Source: a virus. From it: 64,000 bases of DNA. Positions 19,040-29,492 of this stretch are shown here, one piece after another; position 1 is the first letter of the stretch; each line of letters begins with the position of its first letter. Below the pieces are notes generated by a model that ran no database searches, was not told the origin of the DNA, and saw only the letters and a list, made by a program, of their open reading frames with translations. Position numbers and translations under genes: made by a program. The stretch is taken from IMG/VR virus record IMGVR_UViG_3300022752_002834, positions 54,292-118,291 of that record. The stretch is one strand, 5' to 3'.

Positions 19040-21237
19040 GAGTCTTTCTCTGTCTGACCATCTCCATCCGGCGTATTGCAGTAATAAAAATTTTTGATGC
19101 CGTACTTAAAACCATAAATTTGATCTTTAATTAAGATGCTCAAGGGTATATTGCCGTCAGGATAATGAGCATAGTTATAGTAAAGATTTACGCTAATGCT
19201 CATGTCTACGAATTTTTGTAATACCGCACAAATATTCAGTATGGCCTTATTATCCTTCATTTCCCAAGCTAGGGTATAGTAGTTTTTTCTAGAGCCGTAA
19301 TTTGGTACTAGCTGCTTGAGAACGCCGTTTTTAGCCTTCTTGTAAGAAACTAGGCTTCTGACAGGTTCTATTCCGTTTGTGCTGTTCTGGATGACGCTAG
19401 AGGACTCACATGGCATAATAGCAGTTAGGGTAGAATGTCTTAGCCCGTGAGTCTTTATTCTTTCTCTCAAACCTTCCCAATCCATAGTATACTCTGGGTT
19501 AACCAGTTCGTCAACTGTTTTTTTGTACCAATCTATTGGTAGCAAACCTTGTGCGTACTTGGTGTCTTGGAACTTATTGCACGGTCCAAGTTTTTCTGCT
19601 AATTTGCAAGATTCATTTAGTAAATTCCATTGAACTTTTTCCATTGTGGAATGTACTAGCTTCAGCGTGTCTGCATCGTCATACTTTAATTTATTCTTTG
19701 CTAGATAAGCCGCAAAGTTTGTTATGCCTATACCAAGCGATCTACGATTTTTTGTAAAATTTTCTCCAGCAAGAACTGGATAATCTTGATAATCTATCAC
19801 ACTTTCTAACGTTTGAACAGCCATAGCACATGCCATCTGTATATCTTTATCGTCTTCCATCTCAAGTAAGTTTAGTGCTGATAGAATACAAATACCTATT
19901 TCTCCATCTGGATCATCTATAGAAGATATTGGTTCTGTTGGATGGATTATTTCTTGACATAAATTACTCATGTAAACAGGAACTAACCAAGATCCATGCT
20001 CATTCGCATTATCAATATTCATTACATATATACGTCCAGTTTCTAATCTTTCTTTTGCAAATATCTCTGCTAATTTTCTAGCACTAATCTTTTTCTTCAT
20101 CTTGACATATCTATTGTTTTCATATTTCTCATATAGCTTTTTGAAATCCTCATTATCATTCATAGAACTATACAAGCCGCCCGTTTCCTCTGGATTAAAT
20201 AACGTAATGTCTTCGTTCTTAATTAAACGTTCATAGAATAGTTTATTAAACTGTACAGAGTAATCTAACTTGCGTACTCTATTATCGTCTGTTCCAGCAT
20301 TATTCTTTAGCATCATTACATCTTCTATTTCATAATGCCAAAATGGAATATGTACCGTGGCAGAGCCTCCGCGAATACCGTTCTGGCTAGTTGCTTTTAC
20401 AGTCGATTCAAATATCTTTAGGTATGGGATAAGACCTGTATGTATTACTTCTCCACCGCGAATGCTAGCGTTAATTGGCCTAATACGACCAATATTTAAT
20501 CCTATACCGGCTCGTCGTGCTGTATACTTACCAACAGCGTGTATGCTTGAAAAAATAGAGTTTAGATCGTCATTAACATCTACCAATACGCAACTAGCGA
20601 ATTGTTTAATTTTCGTTCTTACGCCAGCCATAATGGGCGTGGGCAAGTTTATCTTAAATGTAGAAAAGCACTCATAAGCTTTTTTTACTTCTTCTACAGT
20701 ATTGAACAATGCCAATGCAATGCACATGTATGCAAATTGTGGTGTTTCGTAAATCTCGCCACTTGCACGGTTTTTTACAAGATACTTATCTATTAGTTGC
20801 TGCAATCCAGCATAAGTAAATAAATAGTCTCTATCATGATCTATAACATCATTGAGTATGTCTAATTGCTCATCAGACCATTTGGAGATCATATTTTTGT
20901 CGTACACATCATTCTTTACATTTTTTTCTAGATGTTGTTTTAATGTTGGGGGATTGTCATATCTATCCCAAAGATCTTTTCTCAAAGACATATTTAGTAG
21001 CCTTGATGCTACATACTGATAGTTTGGCTTTGAGCTTGATGTTAAATCGTTTGCAGATTTGATTAGGATTTGATGAATCTCTCTTGTATTGATTCCATCT
21101 CTGAGAGAAAGATGAGCATTCATTTCTATGTCTGACCAAGACACATTGGATATGTCGCTTATAGCCCACTCCACAACCTTGTGTATCTTCTCTACATTAT
21201 ACTTTTCAAATGAGCCATCTCTTTTCTGAACCTGCAT
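19012..21237 (-). CDS. nrdA: Ribonucleotide reductase class Ia alpha subunit with ATP cone
   Basis: VQKRDG ATP cone, PTPIMAG, SCVL, SNLCQEI, MPCESSS, FYY and C-terminal CAGGSC. Confidence 0.96.
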   Translation of the reverse strand: MQVQKRDGSFEKYNVEKIHKVVEWAISDISNVSWSDIEMNAHLSLRDGINTREIHQILIKSANDLTSSSKPNYQYVASRLLNMSLRKDLWDRYDNPPTLKQHLEKNVKNDVYDKNMISKWSDEQLDILNDVIDHDRDYLFTYAGLQQLIDKYLVKNRASGEIYETPQFAYMCIALALFNTVEEVKKAYECFSTFKINLPTPIMAGVRTKIKQFASCVLVDVNDDLNSIFSSIHAVGKYTARRAGIGLNIGRIRPINASIRGGEVIHTGLIPYLKIFESTVKATSQNGIRGGSATVHIPFWHYEIEDVMMLKNNAGTDDNRVRKLDYSVQFNKLFYERLIKNEDITLFNPEETGGLYSSMNDNEDFKKLYEKYENNRYVKMKKKISARKLAEIFAKERLETGRIYVMNIDNANEHGSWLVPVYMSNLCQEIIHPTEPISSIDDPDGEIGICILSALNLLEMEDDKDIQMACAMAVQTLESVIDYQDYPVLAGENFTKNRRSLGIGITNFAAYLAKNKLKYDDADTLKLVHSTMEKVQWNLLNESCKLAEKLGPCNKFQDTKYAQGLLPIDWYKKTVDELVNPEYTMDWEGLRERIKTHGLRHSTLTAIMPCESSSVIQNSTNGIEPVRSLVSYKKAKNGVLKQLVPNYGSRKNYYTLAWEMKDNKAILNICAVLQKFVDMSISVNLYYNYAHYPDGNIPLSILIKDQIYGFKYGIKNFYYCNTPDGDGQTEKDSCAGGSCAI

Positions 21238-21276
21238 ATATATTATCCCCTATCTAATTCTATTAGAATAGAAAAA

Positions 21277-21897
21277 TCATTCAAAAATTTTTCTGAAAAT
21301 CTTCTCAACTATAAATTTGAGTATAACTGGCAATAGTACATAAAGCAATACGAACGTTAATATCGCAGAACCATGACGTTCTTCGTTCGCTATGTTGTCA
21401 CGTATAAAATCTTTGCACTGTTGTTTAAGAACCCTTTGTTCTTTTGGTGTGGTGTATGACAAAGCCGCATTGCTACGACTAGCTATTGTAGCCCACTCAG
21501 ACCCGTATTGCAAGCATCTGTTTGCAAGTTTTTGTCTTTGTTCATCTCCATATTCTTTCATAATATCCTGTTGGATACTAGAAAAATCATACTGATTACC
21601 AAATAATTGTTCTTGTGTTTTATCATAAGAAAAATCGATATCTGGTAAATATTTTAATTTTATCGTGCCACCATCTTTACCAAGAGACAGTCCGTTTACG
21701 TGGGCCGATAAAGTTATGATCCTTTTCCAGCTAATCTTTGGACAATCATTAACAAAGTCTAACGATATTGTATCGTCTTTTTTTGTGACTTTGATGTTTA
21801 ACGGTTGTGGAAATTTGATGTTCATATTATTGAACACATATCCACTATCAGAGAAAATTTGATATATTATATCACGAATGTTTTTTAAGTCTATCAT
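21277..21897 (-). CDS. Hypothetical protein with C-terminal TM helix
   Basis: Hydrophobic AILTFVLLYVLLPVIL. Confidence 0.6.
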   Translation of the reverse strand: MIDLKNIRDIIYQIFSDSGYVFNNMNIKFPQPLNIKVTKKDDTISLDFVNDCPKISWKRIITLSAHVNGLSLGKDGGTIKLKYLPDIDFSYDKTQEQLFGNQYDFSSIQQDIMKEYGDEQRQKLANRCLQYGSEWATIASRSNAALSYTTPKEQRVLKQQCKDFIRDNIANEERHGSAILTFVLLYVLLPVILKFIVEKIFRKIFE

Positions 21898-22371
21898 TTA
21901 TTTTTGTATTAAGGCCCAAGCTAGTCCCATAAATTTTGCAGAAATATCTTGTTTTTCTTCTTTTGTCAGAATATGATTATCTGAACCTATCGAAGATTCC
22001 AATAATTTTACAAGTTCAACATCTAAGTTTTTGTATTTATCCACAAGATCGTTATTGAAAAATTTTGATCCTGCTAAGACATATACATCATTTACCTGTT
22101 GATTGTTTGTATTATACGATACAACTCTATTTGCAAACTCTTGATTAAAAATAGCCAATTTAGCTCTGTCCGTTGGGTCGGTAATTAATTTACCAATTGG
22201 TCCAACGATAGATATGATATCGTCTGTTGGTTTTTCTATATTTAGAATAGCAACATCATCGACTTGTGGCTTTTGATTTAGCTGTATAGCTAGAACACAA
22301 CCAAATAGTATTAATGATACTGCTACTAGATTTTTTATATTAAGAAACAACTTCATCTTCAAGAACTCCAT
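21898..22371 (-). CDS. Hypothetical membrane-anchored or exported protein
   Basis: N-terminal hydrophobic segment. Confidence 0.6.
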   Translation of the reverse strand: MEFLKMKLFLNIKNLVAVSLILFGCVLAIQLNQKPQVDDVAILNIEKPTDDIISIVGPIGKLITDPTDRAKLAIFNQEFANRVVSYNTNNQQVNDVYVLAGSKFFNNDLVDKYKNLDVELVKLLESSIGSDNHILTKEEKQDISAKFMGLAWALIQK

Positions 22372-22630
22372 TTAAAAGTGGAAAAACTTCATCAAGTTTG
22401 TCCGAGGCTGTTTTCAACTCAAAAGCATCGCATTTTTCTTTTAATTGATACCACAGACCAACTATGTGTAGGAATTCTTCTTCTTTATTACTGATTTTTT
22501 TGCTTGTTTTATTTGTGCCGAAGAACGTCTTGGAAATTAGATACGAAAAATCTATCATATTAGATAGAAGTATTAAAACTCCTAAACCTATCGAACCATA
22601 AACTAAATAAATTAGATTCATAACTATCAC
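22340..22630 (-). CDS. Hypothetical membrane protein
   Basis: N-terminal TM helix. Confidence 0.6.
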   Translation of the reverse strand: MIVMNLIYLVYGSIGLGVLILLSNMIDFSYLISKTFFGTNKTSKKISNKEEEFLHIVGLWYQLKEKCDAFELKTASDKLDEVFPLLNGVLEDEVVS

Positions 22631-22977
22631 CTTCTTGTTGTTTTACCATGAAACGGGCAAACTGTTTTATGACCATCGCCCTGTACTATGACGCCGGTTC
22701 CCTTGCAAACGCATTTTGCTGGGTCTTCATTGGTTCCATCGTCTGGCTTTGGAACAATGTCTACAATAAATATTTCTTTTTCAGCCTTGTCAAATGATTC
22801 CTTACAAGAAGTTTTCCATTCTTCCACATAAGATGAGTACATATTAGTTATGTCTTCATCGTTTATGAAACAAAAGTTAGAATTGCAGCATCCTGCAATT
22901 ATCAGTAAAGTTGCTATCCAAAAGTATTTCATATTATGACCCCGATGTTGCCACATTGTAATAGTATATATCATCAA
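22627..22977 (-). CDS. Putative lipoprotein with C-terminal Cys/His motif
   Basis: MKYFWIATLLIIAGC lipobox-like sequence; CVCKGTG...CPFH. Confidence 0.55.
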   Translation of the reverse strand: MMIYTITMWQHRGHNMKYFWIATLLIIAGCCNSNFCFINDEDITNMYSSYVEEWKTSCKESFDKAEKEIFIVDIVPKPDDGTNEDPAKCVCKGTGVIVQGDGHKTVCPFHGKTTRR

Positions 22978-23149
22978 ATCTATTTGTATATTTACTCTCT
23001 AGATTTGAGTATGTAAAACTTGACTCGTAAGTTGAATCTAGATTTTCGAATTGGCCTGTTCTTTGACAGAATACAACACACGTTGCATTCTTTATTGTTT
23101 CTACGCCACTGACAACATTAGTTACCACATCTATAGTTGATATAGGCAT
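22934..23149 (-). CDS. Small protein, tandem paralogue A
   Basis: 62 of 71 aa identical to 23164..23400. Confidence 0.8.
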   Translation of the reverse strand: MPISTIDVVTNVVSGVETIKNATCVVFCQRTGQFENLDSTYESSFTYSNLESKYTNRFDDIYYYNVATSGS

Positions 23150-23163
23150 TTATGTACTCCTTA

Positions 23164-23400
23164 TTATATATCGCCGTCGATTATAACGCAACCAGAATTT
23201 GTAACGTTATAATAGTAGATATCATCAAATCTATTTGTATATTTGTTTTCTAAATCTGAATATGTAAAGGATGACTCGTAAGTTGAGCCTAAAGTATTAA
23301 ATTGACCAGTTCTTTGGCAAAATACAACACAGGTTGCATTTTTTATAGTCTCTACTCCAGAAACTACATTTGTAACCACATCAGTAGTTGATATTGGCAT
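23164..23400 (-). CDS. Small protein, tandem paralogue B
   Basis: Paralogue of 22934..23149; RBS GGAG present. Confidence 0.8.
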   Translation of the reverse strand: MPISTTDVVTNVVSGVETIKNATCVVFCQRTGQFNTLGSTYESSFTYSDLENKYTNRFDDIYYYNVTNSGCVIIDGDI

Positions 23401-23415
23401 TTTTTCTCCTTCGTA

Positions 23416-25884
23416 TTAAACTATACCAAGAATATTCGATCCGTTTACACCTTTTCCATATTGGAATTCTATATCCCCATATGTCCCATCATATCCATTA
23501 CTTATCATTTCTTCTGCTGATGACAAAGCGAATGTGCCAGTTCCCGTTATCGTACCACCCCTATTTGTTGCTAAATTTTCAAACAACGCATTCCCAGTAA
23601 TAGTGGCTCCGGTTCCTAAATATGTTTCTTCACTAAAAGTAGCTAAATTACTAACTGTGATATTCACATTCTCAATATATGGATAACTTCCATAAGTATT
23701 TAGATCATAAGCAGCAGCACTTATAGACGGACTACTTGTGACATTACTTTGTATTATCACACTTCTATATGGTATAATATCTGGCGGAACATCATTAACT
23801 GGCAAAGTATTTGCCGCATCAAAATACCAGTTATTTGGATTGCTCCAGTCTCCATTTGCGGTCATACCAAAATATATAGCTCCGTATCCATAGTATGTGA
23901 TGAAACCCGTTACTGTTCCACCAATTGGATTTTCTGATGGATAATAAACGTCCACATCACCATTAATTGTGCCATCATTATAAGAACTATCTTGAAATAC
24001 TGCTGGTACTCCAGCATATGGATTTATTATTCCTTGATTATTAGATAGATCGTTAAAAGTAATTCTATAATAACCATTATATTGTGATTGCGTTAATGTT
24101 GCCCCGCTTACAAGATAAGAACTATCATTAAAATTCGCATAATCACAAGTTATATTGATATTAATAAATGTCGATGAAACATAAACCCCATTTACTGTTA
24201 ACGATGCAACTGTAGTGTCTAAGTCTCCGGTATTGCTGGCTACGCTGGCTTCTATGACCACATTATCTTTAGATATCGCGGGATTTGGGGCGTATGTTGA
24301 ACTTCCACCACCCGCTGTTGCGGTATACCAAAAATTTCCACCCCAATCTTCGCTACTACCGGTATGATAAAAATATACTGTTCGTGATGGATATCCACTA
24401 TATAATAGTGAACCATTTATTGTGCCACCATATGTGAATGGTAGCGAATGATCATAGTACACGGTAACATCTAATGTAACTGTGCCACCACTGAAAGTAC
24501 TATTGTTATAGAACGATGCATTTCCTGTTATTGTGCCAGAATAAAAATCAGAATTATCTTCAAAAACCACATTTCCAATTATAGAACCTGCTCCACTGTA
24601 TATGCCGTTACTACCAAGCGAACTAGTTCCTTTAAACGTTACTGTTCCAGAAGCTGTTAATGTATTATTACCAATAATAAAAGAATCATTTTGAAACTCA
24701 GCATCAACACACTCTATATTAGGTCCACTAAACATGTTTGTGCCTATATATCCATTAGAAATTGTAATTTTTGATGTTACATATAAAGTTATGACTGTAT
24801 TTACAGCAAATTCTGCATTTATAGTAGCATTATTACAATATAAAGTACTTGTAGTGCCATAAATATATTGATCAATAATTACATCTTGACTGCTTGATGG
24901 AACTTCATTTGCTTGTTGGGTATATCCACTATCAATCCACCAGTTTAATCTGTTATTCCAGTCTCCATCTGTAGTAGCATTATTATAATATAGTGTTGGA
25001 TAATTACTATAATATATTGATCCATATATTGATCCAGTATTTCCATTACTGTTATCAAATGGGGTGGCATGAGGATAAATAACTATAGCATCGCCAGTTA
25101 CTGTACCACTATTGGTAGAATTATCGTTAAAATAAGTATTATCGCCATAAGTATAACCAGCATTTTCTGAATAGTTATTGAATGTGGTATTATTATTTAT
25201 AGATCCTCCATCATCACTATTTATACTCCTATCATTAAATGTTGTTGGATAATTTATTGCTCCATAATTTTGTGAAGTGTTATTAAATATAACGGTCCCA
25301 CCTTCTCCGTCGCCAATGTATCCACTATTATATGAGCTATCATTAAATGTAACATCAAATTGTAAAGTACCATCTGTTTGATTGTATGATGAGTTATAAA
25401 ATGTTCCAATTCCATATACTATACTATTATTATATGATGAGTTATTGAATGTTGCATTTCCATTAATTGTTCCATTATTATAAGAAGAATCATTAAATAT
25501 TGCATTATTTTCTACAATACCTGCGGTACTGTTATATGAGGTACTATAGAATGTGGCATCTCCAGCTATTGTGCCTTCATTATAAGAACTATCTAATAGA
25601 GAAACATTACCAGTAATAGTATTCAACAATCCAGATTCAAGATTAGCAGATAACCCTTCTGATACAGTAACAGGTACAGCAAGAACACAGTCATATATAG
25701 AAATAGATAATACTGATATAGGATCTCCAGAATTACTATTAACGGTTGCATATATATAAGCAGTATCTTCACTTGATGGTAAGTTTTCAGCTGGTGTTGT
25801 ATATGTGCTATCCATCCACCAATTACCAAGTTCATTCCAATCATTATCTACAGCGCCATTAAAATAATAAATTATATCAGCCAT
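23416..25884 (-). CDS. Repetitive beta-helix protein (putative receptor-binding or structural protein)
   Basis: About 11-aa FNDSSYNxGxI repeats, arranged in four modules each opening with DW...(N)W. Confidence 0.75.
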   Translation of the reverse strand: MADIIYYFNGAVDNDWNELGNWWMDSTYTTPAENLPSSEDTAYIYATVNSNSGDPISVLSISIYDCVLAVPVTVSEGLSANLESGLLNTITGNVSLLDSSYNEGTIAGDATFYSTSYNSTAGIVENNAIFNDSSYNNGTINGNATFNNSSYNNSIVYGIGTFYNSSYNQTDGTLQFDVTFNDSSYNSGYIGDGEGGTVIFNNTSQNYGAINYPTTFNDRSINSDDGGSINNNTTFNNYSENAGYTYGDNTYFNDNSTNSGTVTGDAIVIYPHATPFDNSNGNTGSIYGSIYYSNYPTLYYNNATTDGDWNNRLNWWIDSGYTQQANEVPSSSQDVIIDQYIYGTTSTLYCNNATINAEFAVNTVITLYVTSKITISNGYIGTNMFSGPNIECVDAEFQNDSFIIGNNTLTASGTVTFKGTSSLGSNGIYSGAGSIIGNVVFEDNSDFYSGTITGNASFYNNSTFSGGTVTLDVTVYYDHSLPFTYGGTINGSLLYSGYPSRTVYFYHTGSSEDWGGNFWYTATAGGGSSTYAPNPAISKDNVVIEASVASNTGDLDTTVASLTVNGVYVSSTFININITCDYANFNDSSYLVSGATLTQSQYNGYYRITFNDLSNNQGIINPYAGVPAVFQDSSYNDGTINGDVDVYYPSENPIGGTVTGFITYYGYGAIYFGMTANGDWSNPNNWYFDAANTLPVNDVPPDIIPYRSVIIQSNVTSSPSISAAAYDLNTYGSYPYIENVNITVSNLATFSEETYLGTGATITGNALFENLATNRGGTITGTGTFALSSAEEMISNGYDGTYGDIEFQYGKGVNGSNILGIV

Positions 25885-25893
25885 TTTATATCC

Positions 25894-26214
25894 TTATTTT
25901 AGTGATTTAACAATTATTTCATGATTTGGAACAAGAGTTTTTAATACTGAGGCTGGATCATTACCAAGAACCTCTAAAACTCTATTTTCTAATTGCTCTT
26001 GAGTATAATCACCAATAGCATCATAATTTTCTCCGCTCCATAATAATAATGGTTTTGGAAAAGGAGTTATTCTAACACTACAAGTTTTTTTATTCACATC
26101 ATCAAGAATAAGTAATTTTAATGATGATAATGTTATTGGTGGTAAAGTTTTAAAAGATCCGTCGCGTTTTAGTATAGGATCAACATTAACAACTATCGAA
26201 TTAGTTAAATTCAT
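25894..26214 (-). CDS. Hypothetical protein, possibly fibre-associated
   Basis: Lies between two fibre-like genes; RBS GGAG present. Confidence 0.6.
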   Translation of the reverse strand: MNLTNSIVVNVDPILKRDGSFKTLPPITLSSLKLLILDDVNKKTCSVRITPFPKPLLLWSGENYDAIGDYTQEQLENRVLEVLGNDPASVLKTLVPNHEIIVKSLK

Positions 26215-26229
26215 AAATTTTCTCCACTA

Positions 26230-28596
26230 TTAATAACCGGGTACGAATGCTACAACATCCCACTTACTTCGACCAGCGTGATATGTTGCTGCTAATATAT
26301 CTGTTGCGTTTGCTGCTGTACTCCAAGGTAGCGGACTACTTGCTGATGATGGAATTTGGAATTGAGTATCTAAACTAACAGTATGACCACCAGCGCCATC
26401 TTGAGTTATTCTCCAACGAACCGTAACTCCATCCACAGCATTTGTTGGATTACTTAATGTAGTAGCTCCAGTAAGTGTCATATCAAAAATTTGACCAGTT
26501 GATACATCTGTTCCAACACTTCCACTAACATTACCGTTACTAATTACTGTTGGATAAAGCTGTTTGAATTTGCCAGTTGATGCTGTTGTTGCTCCTATCG
26601 CAGTATTGTCTATAGAACCACCATCAATATCAACCTTACTAAGATCAACTTCACCGGTTCCATTGGGTGTAATAGCTATATTCCCGTTTGATCCTTGATT
26701 AATTACTATACTTCCGCTATTTGTTCCACCATTTGTATTTATCGTTAGGTTTCCAGTACCGTTAGTGGTTATTGTGGCGGCAGAATTGCTATCTCCAACT
26801 CTTAATGTATCGGCATCTATATATACATCTGCGGTTCCGCTTGGTGCTAATACTATATTACCACTAGTACTACTAATAGTAGTAGAGTCTAAGCGTAAAC
26901 TATCGATATTGAATACACCAGTTACATTAAAGTTAGTGCCGTCAAAAGTCGCATTACTTTCACCATTTATTCCGGTACTAGTACCATCACTAGTTAATAT
27001 TCTGTTATCACTAGCATTAGATATTATGGCTCCTCCACCACCCGTAATAGTAAGTGTATTTGATCCATCATTATAAGAGATACTAATACCGCTAGCGCCC
27101 ACAAGAAATCCGCTAGCTCCAACAACATCCTGCACAGCTTCAGTAAAGTCTGTAATATTTGATGAGGTATGGGTGTGACCACTAACACTAACTCCTGTTC
27201 CGTTTACTAATAGTGTTGAAAAATTACCACTAGACGATGGAACCCACAATGTGCTACCGCTGTTATATTGTAAGAATTGACCATTTGTTACTCCGCTAAT
27301 AGCAACATTGTGTAATTCTTCTAGCTCAAAACCATTTTGAATAGTAACTTCGATAATGCCTTGATTATTGTGATTTCTTACTATTTTACCAACAGCAACC
27401 ATATGATTTGGAGCACTTGGTTTTGTGGCTGTTATTCCTCCCGCAACAGTTGGACTTAAATATAGTGTACTACCTTCAGCAGCTCCAAATTGATTAGTAT
27501 TAACATCAATTAAAGCTCCAAAAGCAACAACATTTCCGCTATTATTATCAGATATTTGCGTTTGTGTTATACCATAAGTTTTGCTAGAATTACCTTCGTT
27601 ATTAGCTTGTGATGGAGTAATAGTTGGCAAGTTTCCATGACCGCCATTAATATAAACAACAGTCATTTTGGGAATAACAGAACCTGTTTGATTAAAACAT
27701 TGTGTAACAAGTGATGACGCGCTAGATGCTGCAACACCAGCAGCAGTTATGGTGTAAATTCCAGATGATGCCCCAATAGAGATACCAGATCCTGCAAGTA
27801 TATCTTTGACCGGTAACAATCCACTAACAGAACTATTAAAATTGGTTATATCGGATGCTGTATGAGCGTGACCACTAACACTAACAGAAACATTATTAAC
27901 ATATAATCCTATTGTAAAATTACCACTACCAGTAACATTTAATAGTGATCCATCAAAAGACAGATTACTTTCGCCATTAATTCCCGTTGATGTTCCATCG
28001 CTTGTTAATATTCTGTTGTCAGCATAGTTACTAATTGTAGCGCCGCCACCAGTTCCGCTAGCCGCTGTTGTTTGAATGCTTCCGTCTGGGAAAATTAATC
28101 CACTAGAATTAATTTTCATATTGTATGCACCAGATCCCGGTAACTCTATTGCTGAATCAAACAAAATATTTGATGCTGTTAAACCGCCATCAGCACTATT
28201 TTTAAGATGACCGCCCTGCCAATTTAATTCATAACCAATAGCACAATTCAAACTAATGCCACTTTGACCACCAGTATCGTTATCAAATGTTCCTTTTGCT
28301 AAACTTGTTCCGTTACTTAATGATACCCCAATAAATTCTGGAAAATTAGTCGTATTTAAGTCTTGATCAAATGGGTTTCCTCCGACTCCACCAGATCCAC
28401 CTATTGCACTTAAGCTTAACCACGGATTTATACCATCACCAATTTTTAGAACATTGGTATCAACAGCAAAAGCTGGTTCGCCAGATGCTAATACTGGATT
28501 TGATGATGTAAATTCAGCACTAGAGCCTCTTCTTAATTGTATTTGAGAATATTGCCTATTAGAACAAGTCATTAAAATACCCTTTCTAATGTCCAA
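26230..28596 (-). CDS. Tail fibre/adhesin with Mtd_N (hyaluronidase-N-like) domain
   Basis: QIQLRRGS..EFTSSNPVLASGEPAF...KIGDG..PW; internal repeats DNRILTSDGTSTGINGESN and SVSGHxHTxSxITxF. Confidence 0.8.
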   Translation of the reverse strand: MDIRKGILMTCSNRQYSQIQLRRGSSAEFTSSNPVLASGEPAFAVDTNVLKIGDGINPWLSLSAIGGSGGVGGNPFDQDLNTTNFPEFIGVSLSNGTSLAKGTFDNDTGGQSGISLNCAIGYELNWQGGHLKNSADGGLTASNILFDSAIELPGSGAYNMKINSSGLIFPDGSIQTTAASGTGGGATISNYADNRILTSDGTSTGINGESNLSFDGSLLNVTGSGNFTIGLYVNNVSVSVSGHAHTASDITNFNSSVSGLLPVKDILAGSGISIGASSGIYTITAAGVAASSASSLVTQCFNQTGSVIPKMTVVYINGGHGNLPTITPSQANNEGNSSKTYGITQTQISDNNSGNVVAFGALIDVNTNQFGAAEGSTLYLSPTVAGGITATKPSAPNHMVAVGKIVRNHNNQGIIEVTIQNGFELEELHNVAISGVTNGQFLQYNSGSTLWVPSSSGNFSTLLVNGTGVSVSGHTHTSSNITDFTEAVQDVVGASGFLVGASGISISYNDGSNTLTITGGGGAIISNASDNRILTSDGTSTGINGESNATFDGTNFNVTGVFNIDSLRLDSTTISSTSGNIVLAPSGTADVYIDADTLRVGDSNSAATITTNGTGNLTINTNGGTNSGSIVINQGSNGNIAITPNGTGEVDLSKVDIDGGSIDNTAIGATTASTGKFKQLYPTVISNGNVSGSVGTDVSTGQIFDMTLTGATTLSNPTNAVDGVTVRWRITQDGAGGHTVSLDTQFQIPSSASSPLPWSTAANATDILAATYHAGRSKWDVVAFVPGY

Positions 28597-29489
28597 GATA
28601 CTTTTCTTGGTGGAAAGCCGTTTACATCACTAAATACCCATGATCCGTTTTGGTTTAGCATTTCAGCAGCGTCACGCTCTCTAATCCAAAAACTTCCATC
28701 TGGTTGATCGTGTCGCTTTTCTCCACCGTTCCAATTTCCCCAACTGTTTTGTACTAAAAATAGAGTCTCTTTGTATACTTCGTGTGTATCGTCCATTCCT
28801 AACCATGACATAGCGTGTGACCATGATCCAGATCTAGAAGCAATACCATATTTATCTCTTCTTGAAGAAAATCCAGAATTACTGCATACGCTAATAGCAT
28901 AACCATTAGCAATAGCATCTCTTGCCTGTTCGACAGTATTTATTAAACTAATTGTTTTTACTTGATGCTTCTTTGCTTCTAAAATTAAATCTTGTGGAAC
29001 GCCAGTTCTTCCCCATTTTCCACCTATGGCACTATATTGAGATAAATCATATTCACCATATTTTTGACGTAATAAGATACCACCGTTTTGATTAACAAAT
29101 CTAGCAGCACCAGAACAAGTCATGCCCTCTCCACCATGACCACGCGATCCATAAATAGCTTCTGTCGCCCCTCTTGCTATAAATTCTTCTTTTTGTCCAT
29201 TGATTATTTCACAACTGCGAGTAGCATCTACGGCATTTCGGGTAGAATGCGAAACACAGTCACCTTGAACTTGTCTTTCTGATGGTCCAAAAGTTGGATC
29301 AAATTTTAGTAAGTTTTTATACAATAGAGCTAACTTACCTTTGCCGCTACTATAAAGATCATGTGCGGCTATTCCAAACAATGGATGAGGCAATTCACCC
29401 ATTAGTTTGTCTAAATCTGCTGGATCACAATATGATCCAATAAAACCGTCTTTGTAAGCTTTTAGTAAATCGCGTGGGTTATTAAACAT
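28572..29489 (-). CDS. Papain-like (C1) cysteine peptidase
   Basis: QxxGDCV (catalytic Cys), SHAM (His), QNSWG (Asn). Confidence 0.85.
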   Translation of the reverse strand: MFNNPRDLLKAYKDGFIGSYCDPADLDKLMGELPHPLFGIAAHDLYSSGKGKLALLYKNLLKFDPTFGPSERQVQGDCVSHSTRNAVDATRSCEIINGQKEEFIARGATEAIYGSRGHGGEGMTCSGAARFVNQNGGILLRQKYGEYDLSQYSAIGGKWGRTGVPQDLILEAKKHQVKTISLINTVEQARDAIANGYAISVCSNSGFSSRRDKYGIASRSGSWSHAMSWLGMDDTHEVYKETLFLVQNSWGNWNGGEKRHDQPDGSFWIRERDAAEMLNQNGSWVFSDVNGFPPRKVSWTLERVF

Positions 29490-29492
29490 AAA

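Noticed and set aside
22934-28596. Diversity-generating retroelement, suggested by Mtd_N and a duplicated sequence
   Set aside because: No reverse transcriptase; the duplicate differs mostly at synonymous sites rather than adenines; no TR/VR pair seen.
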